DNA from: Rickettsiales bacterium
GTDB taxonomy: Bacteria; Pseudomonadota; Alphaproteobacteria; Rs-D84
DNA length: 33,691 nucleotides
NCBI GenBank assembly: GCA_031267375.1
Contig: JAIRZE010000096.1
Coordinates: 1-33,691, forward strand
Reading direction: 5' to 3'
Below, one piece after another: positions 16,753-26,555 of the stretch. Below the pieces are notes generated by a model. It did not search any database. It saw only the letters and a list, made by a program, of their open reading frames with translations, and was not told the origin of the DNA. The position numbers were made by a program, and so were the translations under genes. Positions within the stretch are counted from its first letter, which is position 1. Every line of letters begins with the position of its first letter.

Positions 16753-17196
16753 ATGAAAAAGATACTATTAAACATTTTTCCATTTTTAATAACGCTGCTG
16801 ATGTGGCGGCTGAGCGCGCCTTTTTGGAATCCGGCCGGGCTGCTTGCCGTCATACCGATCTTTTATTATTCGTTTATCCGGCCAGCGCCTTGGTTCGCGC
16901 CGTTCGCTGGACTGATGTGCTTTGCGATTGATTACCGCGCGGATACAATGCTGTTTTGGACCGCCGCATTCTGTTTGTTCTATGCGGCAAACGGATTTCA
17001 GACTTTTATAGATTTTACAAGGCAAAAGCTGGACGGGCTGTATGTTTTTATGATTTTCTTTGGCGCGGCTCTGCTGATTTTATCCGTTGCGGGGCTTCGC
17101 TTTGTCAGCTTTATTCATAACTTGTGGCTGTTTATGTGGGCATCTATTTTATACATCCCGTTCGCGGCGCTTGCAAAAAGGCTGGGCAATGATTGA
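16753..17196 (+). CDS. mreD: rod shape-determining protein MreD-like membrane protein
   Basis: Highly hydrophobic 147 aa protein between mreC and mrdA. Confidence 0.75.
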   Translation: MKKILLNIFPFLITLLMWRLSAPFWNPAGLLAVIPIFYYSFIRPAPWFAPFAGLMCFAIDYRADTMLFWTAAFCLFYAANGFQTFIDFTRQKLDGLYVFMIFFGAALLILSVAGLRFVSFIHNLWLFMWASILYIPFAALAKRLGND

Positions 17197-18982
17197 CAGG
17201 GAAATCGCGCGTACTTTTGACCGGCGCAGCGCTCTGTTTTTGGGCGCCGGCACGATTCTTACATCCGCGCTGGTGCTGCGAATGCTGCAAATGCAGATTT
17301 TTGGACACGGCGAATACAGGCGCAAAGCCGAAAACAATTCTTATCGGATCCAGGTAGACCTGCCTATGCGCGGCGCAATATTGGCCGCGGATAGTTCCGC
17401 GATTTCGCGCGACGCGCCGATTTATCGCATTTATATTATTCCAGAAGAAGCTGAAAATTTGGACGGCTTGATAGACATCGTCCGCGCGGAATTAAAACTT
17501 TCCGCAAAGCGCATTGAAAAAATTTATACGAAAATAAAAAAGCAGCGCGCTTTTCAACCGGTTCTTGTGTCAGAAAATTCAGACTGGGCGCGGCTTGCAA
17601 ATTTGCAGGCCCAGAATCTGCCGGGACTGCATATTGAAAGCGGATACGCGCGAAACTATACTTTGGGGCCTGCGGGCGCGCAGGTATTCGGCTATGTCGG
17701 CGCGGTGGAAAGGCCAAAAGGCGATACTTTGGCCGAAAGATCTCCGTTCTTTACAACCGGAATTTCAGGCTTGGAAAAATCTTTCAACGGCGCGCTGTGC
17801 GGCGCGGCGGGACAAACTGCGCTGATCGCGAATGCGGTCGGGCGCATTACGGGCGAAGATTCGTCTATGAAGATATTGCCGGAAAACGGCGGAAATATAA
17901 AAACCAGCATCCGCACAAATGTTCAGAAAATTCTTTATGATGCGCTGGCCCTGAACAAGTCCGGCTGCGGGGTGGCTATGGATGCGCGCACCGGTGAAAT
18001 TTTGGCGATGGTCAGCGCGCCAAGCTTTGACCCGTATCAATTCCGCGGCGACGGCGGCGACGAATATATCGCGCAGTTGCGAAACGATCCTGCAAAGCCC
18101 TTTATGAACAAGGCGATAGAGGGATTGTATCCGCCGGGATCAACATTCAAAATAGTCGTGGCGCTGGCGGCGCTGGAATCCGGCGCGATAAGTCCGATAG
18201 AAAAAATTCATTGCCCGGGACATTGGGAATATGGCGACCACCGGTATCATTGCTGGGAAAAGCACGGGCACGGCTGGGTTGATCTGGCGGGCGCGTTGCA
18301 GCATTCCTGTGATGTGTATTTTTATCAGGTGGCGCTGCGGATCGGAATAGACGCGATAAAGTCTATGGCTTTGCGCCTGGGGCTTTCGCATATCTTTATG
18401 GACGGGATTTTGCCGCGCGAAACAACAGGCGTCATTCCGGACAGGGACTGGAAGGAAAAGAACATAGGATCGCGCTGGATGCACGGCGACACTATTATTT
18501 CCGGAATCGGCCAGGGCTTTATATTGGCGAATTGCTTGCAGCTGTGCACGATGATGGCGCGGGCCTGCACCAATACCGGCGTTTCGCCGGTATTAGTGCA
18601 GGCAGCCCATAGCCGCCAGCCCATAGCCGCCAGTCTGGGATTGCAACCTGCGAATATAAAGTTTGTTCTGAATGGTTTGGAAAAAGTTTTGAAAGAAGGC
18701 GGAACGGCCAGCGGCAGTGCAATAAATGTAAATGGTAAAAAAATGGGCGGCAAAACCGGAACCAGCCAGGTACGCAATATTTCCGCGAAAGAGCGCGAAT
18801 CCGGCGTGCTGACCAACGAACAGCTGAATTGGAGCCAGCGCAACCACGGCCTGTTTGTGGCTTATGCGCCGACGGACAATCCGAAATACGCGGTAGCGGT
18901 AATAACAGAGCACAGCGGCGGCAGCGGCCAGGCCGCGCGCACAGCAGCGGCAGTGATGCGGGAACTGTTGAAGAGTGGTTAG
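17189..18982 (+). CDS. mrdA: penicillin-binding protein 2
   Basis: YPPGSTFK (SxxK), SCDVYF (SxD), GGKTGT; start MIDREI at 17189. Confidence 0.96.
   Translation: MIDREIARTFDRRSALFLGAGTILTSALVLRMLQMQIFGHGEYRRKAENNSYRIQVDLPMRGAILAADSSAISRDAPIYRIYIIPEEAENLDGLIDIVRAELKLSAKRIEKIYTKIKKQRAFQPVLVSENSDWARLANLQAQNLPGLHIESGYARNYTLGPAGAQVFGYVGAVERPKGDTLAERSPFFTTGISGLEKSFNGALCGAAGQTALIANAVGRITGEDSSMKILPENGGNIKTSIRTNVQKILYDALALNKSGCGVAMDARTGEILAMVSAPSFDPYQFRGDGGDEYIAQLRNDPAKPFMNKAIEGLYPPGSTFKIVVALAALESGAISPIEKIHCPGHWEYGDHRYHCWEKHGHGWVDLAGALQHSCDVYFYQVALRIGIDAIKSMALRLGLSHIFMDGILPRETTGVIPDRDWKEKNIGSRWMHGDTIISGIGQGFILANCLQLCTMMARACTNTGVSPVLVQAAHSRQPIAASLGLQPANIKFVLNGLEKVLKEGGTASGSAINVNGKKMGGKTGTSQVRNISAKERESGVLTNEQLNWSQRNHGLFVAYAPTDNPKYAVAVITEHSGGSGQAARTAAAVMRELLKSG
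18603..18633. repeat. CAGCCCA/TAGCCGC array in frame in mrdA (AHSRQPIAAS)
   Basis: Reverse complement of the CTATGGG/CTGGCGG family at 25.4 kb. Confidence 0.85.
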
Positions 18983-19115
18983 TGGTCAGGGGTTAGTGGT
19001 TAGCAATATGATTGCTTGATAATTATTTTCGTAATTAAATAAAATTAATTTTCATAAGCGACATACTGCTGACCACTAACCACTGACAACTGACCACTAA
19101 ACGAGCGGAGCGAGT
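18974..19115. mobile_element. MITE-like unit: inverted AGTGGT(C/T) arms, 62 bp AT-rich core, GAGCGGAGCGAG cassette
   Basis: Core 19002-19063 matches the reverse complement of 31016-31077 at 53/62 positions. Confidence 0.75.
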
Positions 19116-19118
19116 GAA

Positions 19119-20255
19119 ATGGCGCGAATATCAAATGCGGCGTTTATGCCTATGTCTGAAAAACTGACGCGGTTTTCGTGGGTGCTTTTCGGCGCCATAA
19201 TCCTGGTGTGCGCGCTTTCCGTAATTATGCTGTATTCCGCTGGCGGCGGCGCGTGGCGCCCGTACGCGCTGTCCCAGCTGGGCAAGATTGTCATCGGGCT
19301 TTCCGTATTTTTTATCGCGGCTTTCGCCAACATAAAATTCTGGGTGAAATCGGCGTACGGAATTTATGCCGCCGCGCTGCTGCTGGTGGTTCTGGTTACA
19401 TTCGCGGGGCATACGGGTATGGGCGCGACGCGCTGGCTGAACCTGGGCTTTATGCATATCCAGCCGTCAGAGTTTATAAAAGTTGCGCTGGTGGTGTCCC
19501 TGGCGCGGTATTTTTCCTGGATGAATTCCATAGAGGTGTCGCAGCTGAAAAACTATGTGCTGCCGTCCGCTATGGTGCTGGTGCCGTTTGGCTTAATAGT
19601 AATTCAGCCGGATCTGGGGACGGCTATGTCTTTGGCATTGATTTCCGTCGGAATGTTTTATATCGCCGGCGCGCAGAAAAGGTGGTTTGCGATCGCGGCT
19701 GTTTTATTCGCGCTGGCCGCGCCGGTCGTCTGGTTTGCAGGATTGCACGATTATCAGCGGGACAGGATAATAACATTTGCAAATCCGGATTTTGACCCAA
19801 GCGGCGCGGGCTATCAGATTAATCAGGCGAAAATAGCATTCGGCAGCGGCGGGATAGTGGGCAAGGGTTATCTGTCAGGAACACAATCCCAACAGGCGTT
19901 TCTGCCGGAAAAGCAAACGGATTTTATCTTTACTATGCTGGGCGAAGAATTGGGCTTTGCGGGCGCGTTTCCGCTGATTTTGATTTATTCTGCGATAATC
20001 GGAATGCTGTTTTGGGCGGCAAAATCGTGCAAGAACAGATTCGGGCAATTGGTGTGCTTTGGATTTGCATTGAATTTTTTTGTTTATTATTTTATAAATA
20101 TCGCTATGGTATTGGGGCTGCTGCCGACGGTCGGGGTGCCGCTGCCGCTGATGAGTTTCGGCGGAAGCTCTCTTTTATCCCTGATGTTTGGGTTCGGGCT
20201 TTGCGAAAACGCGCACATAAACAAAGACCAGCAGCTGAGCGCAAAAGGATTTTGA
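19119..20255 (+). CDS. rodA: rod shape-determining protein RodA
   Basis: GATRW, IQPSEF.K, QPDLGT, FLPEKQTDFIF..LGEE, GVPLPLMSFGGSS. Confidence 0.96.
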   Translation: MARISNAAFMPMSEKLTRFSWVLFGAIILVCALSVIMLYSAGGGAWRPYALSQLGKIVIGLSVFFIAAFANIKFWVKSAYGIYAAALLLVVLVTFAGHTGMGATRWLNLGFMHIQPSEFIKVALVVSLARYFSWMNSIEVSQLKNYVLPSAMVLVPFGLIVIQPDLGTAMSLALISVGMFYIAGAQKRWFAIAAVLFALAAPVVWFAGLHDYQRDRIITFANPDFDPSGAGYQINQAKIAFGSGGIVGKGYLSGTQSQQAFLPEKQTDFIFTMLGEELGFAGAFPLILIYSAIIGMLFWAAKSCKNRFGQLVCFGFALNFFVYYFINIAMVLGLLPTVGVPLPLMSFGGSSLLSLMFGFGLCENAHINKDQQLSAKGF

Positions 20256-20256
20256 T

Positions 20257-22545
20257 ATGAACTTGCTTATCGTTGAATCTCCGTCCAAGGCAAAGACTAT
20301 TGAAAAATATCTTGGAAAAGGCTGGCGCGTCATCGCGTCCGTCGGGCATATCCGCGATCTGATTCCCGAAAACGGAAGCGTGGATACTGATAAAGACTTC
20401 GCTATGAAATGGCAGATTATGCCGGGCAAGGAAAAAGTAATAAAGCAAATTCTGGGAGAGGTTAAAAAAGCCGACGCTGTATATCTGGCAAGCGATCCGG
20501 ACCGCGAAGGGGAAGCCATTGCCTGGCACATATTGGAAATTCTGAACGAAGAGAAAGCGCTGGCCGGCAAAAAGCTTTACCGCGTCGTTTACCACGAGAT
20601 TACAAAAAAAGCAGTAGAGGCCGCCCTGGCCGCCCCGCGCGAGATTGATCAGAATCTGGTTGACGCATACTTGGTGCGGCGCGCGCTGGATTTTCTGATC
20701 GGATTCGGTGTATCGCCGCTGCTGTGGCGGCGCAACCTGGGCAAATCTGCCGGGCGCGTGCAATCCGTCGCGGTGCGGCTGGTGGTGGACCGCGAGCGAG
20801 AAATAGAAGCCTTTAACCCGCAAGAGTATTGGAGTCTGGATGCAATAGGGCAAAAGGCAAAAGGCAAAGGGCAAGAATTCTCGGCCAGACTGACCAAGTT
20901 TGATAATAATAAAATTGAAAAATTTACAATCGCAAACAAGGCGCAAATGGACGAGATTTTGTCTGCCCTCTGCCCTTTGCCCTCTGACTTGCCTATTCCG
21001 GCAAGCGTTGTTTCTGTTGAAAAGAAAAAGACCCAGCGCAAGCCGGCCGCGCCTTTCACCACCAGCACTTTGCAACAGGAAGCGGCGCGAAAACTCTATT
21101 TCTCTTCCAAGCGCACGATGAGCGCGGCCCAGAAATTATACGAGCAGGGCCTTATAACCTATATGCGAACCGACGCGACCAACCTGTCCGCGGACGCGGT
21201 TGCTGAAATACGCGAGTTTCTGGCGCGCGAATACGGCGCAGACTTTGTTCCAAAGACACCGAATGTTTACGCCACGAAATCAAAGAACGCCCAGGAAGCG
21301 CACGAAGCAATTCGGCCAACGCATTTTGAAGGCAAAAGGCAAAAGGCAGAAGGCATAGACGGGGACGAATTCAAACTGTATGAACTTATTTGGAATCGCA
21401 CCCTGGCCTGTCAGATGACCAATGCAGAATTTGATTCCGTCGCCGTTGATATTGAAACAGAAAATAAAAAAGCTATATTCCACGCGGTCGGCACAACCCA
21501 AACTTTCGCGGGATTTCTGAAAGTCTATCAGGAAGGGAAAGACGAATCGGATGACGACGATGCGGACACAAAATTGCCGCCGCTGGCCGTCGGCGACGCT
21601 ATATCCATAACGAAACTGCTTCCGGAACAACATTTCACAATGCCGCCGCCGCGCTATACCGAGGCATCGCTTGTAAAAAAACTGGAAGAACTTGGCATTG
21701 GCCGCCCGTCCACATACGCTACGATTATGAGCACTATTGTTGATCGCCAATATGTAGAACAGGACAAATCGCGCAGGTTTATCCCGACCCCCGGCGGCTG
21801 GGTCATAGCGGCATACTTGTCGCATTATTTCAAAGACTTGATTGATGTCAATTTCACGGCAAAGACAGAAGATACCTTGGACGCGGTGTCAAACGGCGAA
21901 GAAAAGAAAAACGCAGCTCTGCGCGCTTTCTGGACGCCCACGGAAAAATTGATAGATGCCGCCGCGGATGTCAAGACAACCGAAATTATTAACGAACTGA
22001 ATGCCAATTTGCACGATCATATTCACAAGGTTGTCGGGGATAAATGTCCGGAATGCGGCGGCGAAATATTATTAAAGCTGGGCAAATACGGGGCGTTTGT
22101 TTCCTGCAAAAATTATCCGGACTGCAAGTTTATTCAAAACTTAAAGGACGAAGGACAAAGGACAAAGGACGAAGGGGGCGCGGCCCAATCTTCGGCCCTT
22201 GACTTTGGGGACGGAATAAGTTTCAAAATCGGGCGATTCGGGCCGTACATAACCGACGGGACAAAGAATGTATCAGCACGGAAATACACGGCGGAAACTA
22301 TGACTTTGGAAATCGCGAAAGAGCTGCTGGCCGGCGCCGGCGCCAAGACAGAGGCTATAAAGCTGGGCGTAAATCCGGCGACGGGCAAGGAAATACTTTA
22401 TTACGCCAGCGGACGGTACGGCGCGTATATTTCATCAAACAAGGTGAATGTGTCTGTGAAAGAGCAGCCCGACTTGGAAACGGCGGCGGAATTGATAAAC
22501 AACAAAAAGCCCGCTGCAAAAAAAACTTTTGGAAAGAAAAAATAA
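20257..22545 (+). CDS. topA: DNA topoisomerase I
   Basis: IVESPSKAKTI, DPDREGEAIAWH, SAGRVQS, ITYMRTD, GIGRPSTYA, one Zn ribbon. Confidence 0.97.
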   Translation: MNLLIVESPSKAKTIEKYLGKGWRVIASVGHIRDLIPENGSVDTDKDFAMKWQIMPGKEKVIKQILGEVKKADAVYLASDPDREGEAIAWHILEILNEEKALAGKKLYRVVYHEITKKAVEAALAAPREIDQNLVDAYLVRRALDFLIGFGVSPLLWRRNLGKSAGRVQSVAVRLVVDREREIEAFNPQEYWSLDAIGQKAKGKGQEFSARLTKFDNNKIEKFTIANKAQMDEILSALCPLPSDLPIPASVVSVEKKKTQRKPAAPFTTSTLQQEAARKLYFSSKRTMSAAQKLYEQGLITYMRTDATNLSADAVAEIREFLAREYGADFVPKTPNVYATKSKNAQEAHEAIRPTHFEGKRQKAEGIDGDEFKLYELIWNRTLACQMTNAEFDSVAVDIETENKKAIFHAVGTTQTFAGFLKVYQEGKDESDDDDADTKLPPLAVGDAISITKLLPEQHFTMPPPRYTEASLVKKLEELGIGRPSTYATIMSTIVDRQYVEQDKSRRFIPTPGGWVIAAYLSHYFKDLIDVNFTAKTEDTLDAVSNGEEKKNAALRAFWTPTEKLIDAAADVKTTEIINELNANLHDHIHKVVGDKCPECGGEILLKLGKYGAFVSCKNYPDCKFIQNLKDEGQRTKDEGGAAQSSALDFGDGISFKIGRFGPYITDGTKNVSARKYTAETMTLEIAKELLAGAGAKTEAIKLGVNPATGKEILYYASGRYGAYISSNKVNVSVKEQPDLETAAELINNKKPAAKKTFGKKK
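20842..20997. repeat. inverted GGCAAAA/T(C/T)TGCCC arms flanking native topA sequence
   Basis: Arms at 20842-20876 (IGQKAKGKGQ) and 20962-20997 (SALCPLPSDLP). Confidence 0.8.
21331..21358. repeat. GGCAAAA array in frame in topA (GKRQKAEGI)
   Basis: GGCAAAA GGCAAAA GGCAGAA GGCATAG. Confidence 0.85.
22144..22175. repeat. AAGGAC(G/A) array in frame in topA (KDEGQRTKDEG)
   Basis: Reverse complement of the ileS GTCCTTC family. Confidence 0.85.
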
Positions 22546-24159
22546 TTGGCGAATTTTAACAATTCTTTCACGGACGAACTGCGCGCGCGATTGTCAATCG
22601 TTGATATTATCGGGCGCGTCGTGCCGCTGACCAAGAAAGGGCAAAACTATTGGGGATGCTGCCCGTTTCACGGCGAAAAAACTCCGTCCTTTTCCGTCCG
22701 CGAAGACTGGGGAAAATATCACTGCTTTGGATGCGGCGAATCGGGCGATATAATTTCTTTCACTATGAAGCACAGCAATATGGACTTCAAATCCGCAATC
22801 GCGGAACTGGCCCAGGCCGCCGGATTAAAGCTGCCGGATTACAAGCCAAAGGCGCCAGAGCAAATAGCGCGCGAAAAATCTTATCTGGAAATAACCGACG
22901 CGGCCGCAAAAATATATCAGCAAAAGCTTTACGAAGAATCAGGCGCGGCGGCGCTTTCCTATATCCGCGGCCGCGGGTTTGACGATGCAAAGATAAAAAA
23001 ATACGGCATCGGATACGCGCCGAAAAACAATATCGTTTCCGCAAAATTTGCAAATGAAAAAATTGACAACCTGATCGCAACCGGCCTTGTCCGCCGCGGA
23101 GACTACGGCGCGTACGATTTCTTTCGCGACAAATTAATGTTTCCCATAACAAACGCAAAAGGGGAAATCATCGCTTTTTCAGGGCGATCTCTGGACAGAA
23201 GCGAGCCGAAATATATAAACACAGCTGACACCGAATTGTTTCACAAGCGCGGAACCATATTCGGGCTGTCGTTCGCGCGCGATGCGATCCACAGGGCGAA
23301 CCGCTCTATCGTTGTAGAGGGCCAGATTGACGCGATTCAAATGCAAACCAACGGCTTTCCGGAAACGGTGGCGCCGCTGGGCACCGCGCTGACCGAAGAG
23401 CATATTGCGATTTTATGCAAGCACAACCGCAACATAACATTCTGCTTTGACGGGGACAAGGCGGGACAGAAAGCGTCCGCGCGCGCGCTGTCCCTTTGTA
23501 TGCCTGTCTTGCGCGCCGATTCGGATATTCGTTTTGCATTCTGCCCGAACGGTCAGGACGCAGACGACATATTGAAAAAATCCCCCGCGGATATGAAAAA
23601 GATTATCTATTCTGCAATGGAATTGGCGGATTTCTTGTGGAAAATCGCCAATACGGATTTTAATACAAAGACAGAGCTGGGGCAGACCGGCGCTCATAAA
23701 TTCTTAATGTCTGAAATTGACAAGATAACGGATGAAGCCCGGAAATCCGCTATGCGCCAGAATATTAAAGATCGCGAATGGAACGAATGGCACAAAAATT
23801 TCAAGAAAAACGCGGCGGAAAATATCGCAGTGCCGGCGGCAAGTGATATTGAAAAAAACACATTGTCGGCGATCGCGGAAAAGTATCCGGCATTGATAGA
23901 AAAGCATTCGGAATTTTTATTCAAAATCGGCGCGGACCTGGGCGGCGGCGGCGTACAGGATATCGCTTTTCAATTATCGGAAAGCGATTCTGAAAAATTC
24001 ATAGTCGCGTTGAAGTTGAAAAATCATATAAAAAATTTGCAAACAGAGCGCGTGGAATTGTTAAAGCAAATGACTGCGGAATCGTTTGCCCGCATAAAAA
24101 TTATTGATTCGGAAATCGCGGACGCGAACGAGAAAATGAACCGACTGAGCGAAGCATAA
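22546..24159 (+). CDS. dnaG: DNA primase
   Basis: CPFHGEKTPSF..CFGC, PKYIN, VVEG..D, CFDGD.AG; TTG start abutting the topA stop. Confidence 0.96.
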   Translation: MANFNNSFTDELRARLSIVDIIGRVVPLTKKGQNYWGCCPFHGEKTPSFSVREDWGKYHCFGCGESGDIISFTMKHSNMDFKSAIAELAQAAGLKLPDYKPKAPEQIAREKSYLEITDAAAKIYQQKLYEESGAAALSYIRGRGFDDAKIKKYGIGYAPKNNIVSAKFANEKIDNLIATGLVRRGDYGAYDFFRDKLMFPITNAKGEIIAFSGRSLDRSEPKYINTADTELFHKRGTIFGLSFARDAIHRANRSIVVEGQIDAIQMQTNGFPETVAPLGTALTEEHIAILCKHNRNITFCFDGDKAGQKASARALSLCMPVLRADSDIRFAFCPNGQDADDILKKSPADMKKIIYSAMELADFLWKIANTDFNTKTELGQTGAHKFLMSEIDKITDEARKSAMRQNIKDREWNEWHKNFKKNAAENIAVPAASDIEKNTLSAIAEKYPALIEKHSEFLFKIGADLGGGGVQDIAFQLSESDSEKFIVALKLKNHIKNLQTERVELLKQMTAESFARIKIIDSEIADANEKMNRLSEA

Positions 24160-24160
24160 A

Positions 24161-24262
24161 AGGAGCAGGAATCAGGAGCAGGGACTAGGAATTATAATTG
24201 TGTGAAAAGAATTATCACAAATTCGGTATACTAGTCCCCGCCCCTAATCCCTGCTCCTAATT
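24161..24262. repeat. inverted AGGAGC/AGGAATC arms around AT-rich spacer between convergent dnaG and ychF
   Basis: Arms at 24161-24193 and 24231-24262; spacer contains TGAAAAGAATTATCAC. Confidence 0.8.
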
Positions 24263-25336
24263 ATTAAACAAAAAATGACATATATCGCCGGGCTGCATAA
24301 CATAGTCTTTCCCGACCAGGCGCATTTTTCCCGCTTCCTTTGCCGCGACTTCGCCGCCACAGGACAGAAAATCTTCCGCTTTTATTATTTCCGCGCGGAT
24401 AAAGCCTTTTTCAAAATCAGTGTGTATTTTCCCGGCCGCCTGCGGCGCGGTAAATCCGGCCCGTATAGTCCAGGCGTGCGCTTCCTTGGGCCCTATTGTA
24501 TAAAAAGTCTGCAAGCCCAAGGTTTTATATCCAGTGCGGATTATCTGGGACAAGCCGGATTCCGAAAGCCCCAAATCCGCAAGAAACATATGTTTTTCCT
24601 CTTCGGTTTCAAGCTGCGCTATTTCCGATTCTATTTTTGATGAAATTACCAAGACCGCGGATTCCGCCGCATAGCGCGTTTTCACAAGATTTGAAAATTC
24701 ATTTCCATCCTTTGCTGCGACTTCATCAACATTGCAGACATATATTGTCGGCTTTGCCGACAAAAGCCCAAAGCCGTCAGCCGCCAGTCCGCAGTTTCGC
24801 GCCGGAATTCCATTTTGCAGGCCGGCTTTTATTTCATTCGCCGCGACCAATAATTTTATCGCTTCCTTGTCCTGGCCGTGGGCTTTCTTTTCCAGATTCT
24901 TTATTTGCTTTTCCAAAGATTCCAAGTCCGCCAGCATTAATTCCGTTTCAATTGTCGCAATATCTTCCAGCGGATCTATTTTTCCATTCACGTGGACTAT
25001 GTCGTCGTTTTGAAAACAGCGCACCACCTGAATAATGGCGTCCGTCGCCTGGATATGCCCCAGGAACTTATTTCCCAAACCCTCACCGGCGCTGGCGCCC
25101 TTTACCAGGCCCGCAATATCAACAATTTCCAACTGAGTCGGGATTATTTTTTGCGATTTTGCCGCAACCGCCAATTTTTCCAAAATAGCATCCGGAACAA
25201 TGACCTTGCCCAGATTTGGCTCTATGGTGCAAAAGGGATAATTTGCAGCGTCCGCCGCCGCGGTTGCCGTCAGCGCATTAAACAAAGTTGACTTGCCCAC
25301 ATTAGGCAATCCGACAATTCCGCAATTGAAACCCAT
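24257..25336 (-). CDS. ychF: redox-regulated ATPase YchF
   Basis: GIVGLPNVGKSTLFN, ANYPFCTIEPN, DIAGLVKGAS.GEGLGN, IHTDFEKGFIRAE. Confidence 0.97.
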   Translation of the reverse strand: MGFNCGIVGLPNVGKSTLFNALTATAAADAANYPFCTIEPNLGKVIVPDAILEKLAVAAKSQKIIPTQLEIVDIAGLVKGASAGEGLGNKFLGHIQATDAIIQVVRCFQNDDIVHVNGKIDPLEDIATIETELMLADLESLEKQIKNLEKKAHGQDKEAIKLLVAANEIKAGLQNGIPARNCGLAADGFGLLSAKPTIYVCNVDEVAAKDGNEFSNLVKTRYAAESAVLVISSKIESEIAQLETEEEKHMFLADLGLSESGLSQIIRTGYKTLGLQTFYTIGPKEAHAWTIRAGFTAPQAAGKIHTDFEKGFIRAEIIKAEDFLSCGGEVAAKEAGKMRLVGKDYVMQPGDICHFLFNN

Positions 25337-25524
25337 AGCTCACTCCGTTCGCTAGCCACCAGCCATCAGCCCATAGTCGCCAGCCCATAGTTAATTAAGT
25401 TATTGTAAATATATATTTAATAAATTACAATAAAAATGACTAACTTACTATGGGCTGACGGTTATAAGCTGATAGCTATGGGCTATGGGCTGTGGGCTGG
25501 CGGCTATGGGCTGGCGGCTATGGG
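25337..25524. repeat. inverted CTATGGG/CTGGCGG arms around AT-rich spacer, with RBS cassette
   Basis: Left arm at 25352-25391, right arm of 11 heptamers at 25448-25524. Confidence 0.9.
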
Positions 25525-26197
25525 CTATCTTTGGGACGAATTTAACATAAAAACATTCCCCGCGCAAACTATTGTTTTCCGGGATGGCGTTTATCAGCCA
25601 GACTTGTCAACATTGCCGAACAATCTGAACTTTGATAAAAAACACGATTTGCCGGTTCATATCATATTTATTGGCGAAATAGCCGGTAAAAACGATATAT
25701 TTATTGAAATTTCGGCCGAAAATATGCAAGTCTTTTTCAGCGCAAAAATTACAAACAAAAAGCCGGCCTTTTTGAACATTTTTATCAAAAACACCGGTAA
25801 AAATTCTGAATTTTCCGGAAAAATATTGGCGCATAACCATTCAAGGCTGGAAATTAACGAAAAAGCCGGTCATTTTGCCAAAAACACCGGTATTTTTATG
25901 CATACCAGGTTAATCGCCGGCCCTGATTCAGACTCGCGATTATCCGCTATTGCCGAAATTGCCAAAAATTGTGAAAATTGCAAATCCGACATCGGGTTTT
26001 CCGCTTTGGCCGCGCAAAACGCAAAAATTATTTTCCAACCGGCGCAACAAATCGCATCCGCGCCAGATGACGCGACGCACAGCGCGGGGGTATGGCGTGC
26101 GACGGACGCCCAGATTGAATATTTGCGCGGCGGGGGCCTTTGCGAAACAGAGATAAAAGAAATTTTGCAAGAATCCTTTACAAATGACTTTCTTTGA
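25436..26197 (+). CDS. SufB/SufD-like Fe-S assembly protein (start uncertain: 25436, 25478 or 25520)
   Basis: C-terminal ATHSAGV....AQIEYLRGGGL.E.E.KEIL.ESF resembles the SufB/D C-terminus; beta-helix-like composition. Confidence 0.7.
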   Translation: MTNLLWADGYKLIAMGYGLWAGGYGLAAMGYLWDEFNIKTFPAQTIVFRDGVYQPDLSTLPNNLNFDKKHDLPVHIIFIGEIAGKNDIFIEISAENMQVFFSAKITNKKPAFLNIFIKNTGKNSEFSGKILAHNHSRLEINEKAGHFAKNTGIFMHTRLIAGPDSDSRLSAIAEIAKNCENCKSDIGFSALAAQNAKIIFQPAQQIASAPDDATHSAGVWRATDAQIEYLRGGGLCETEIKEILQESFTNDFL

Positions 26198-26228
26198 TTT
26201 ATAATGCCCCGGCAAAAAGGATTTTACT

Positions 26229-26363
26229 ATGAAGTTTTTAAGTTCTCTGAAAGGCTGGAAAAAACGCGGCAATATAAAACAGATTCGCCGCGGCAAGCAG
26301 ATTATTCTGATTGATCCGGATAAACCGAAATTCAAAGCAAAGCAAGGCTTTAAGAAAAAATAA
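26229..26363 (+). CDS. rpmJ: 50S ribosomal protein L36, Zn-free type, divergent
   Basis: MKFLSSLKGWKKRGNIKQIRRGKQIILIDPDKPKFKAKQGFKKK; AAGGA RBS; TTTACA-17-TATAAT at 26177-26205. Confidence 0.85.
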   Translation: MKFLSSLKGWKKRGNIKQIRRGKQIILIDPDKPKFKAKQGFKKK

Positions 26364-26389
26364 GCCGCGGCCGCGCTTTATTTTATTTT

Positions 26390-26420
26390 ATCCCGCAATT
26401 ATTTTGCGGGATTTTTTATT
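26390..26420 (+). terminator. intrinsic terminator after rpmJ
   Basis: ATCCCGCAA-TTATT-TTGCGGGAT plus T-tract. Confidence 0.85.
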
Positions 26421-26555
26421 TGCAAAGTGCGCAAATTGTGTAGTTATTAGATTATACTTATTGTGAAACACAAAGTTTAATTTTCGGACATATTTATAAA
26501 AATATTGGCTTTTTGATGTTAATTTTGTATAATATTCGCAATATGGAATATTAAA

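Noticed and set aside
20104-21075. 323-aa antisense ORF and other long overlapping ORFs (e.g. 6939-7577, 11653-12363, 19178-19795, 28616-29221)
   Set aside because: Shadow frames of well-supported genes, with no recognisable motifs.
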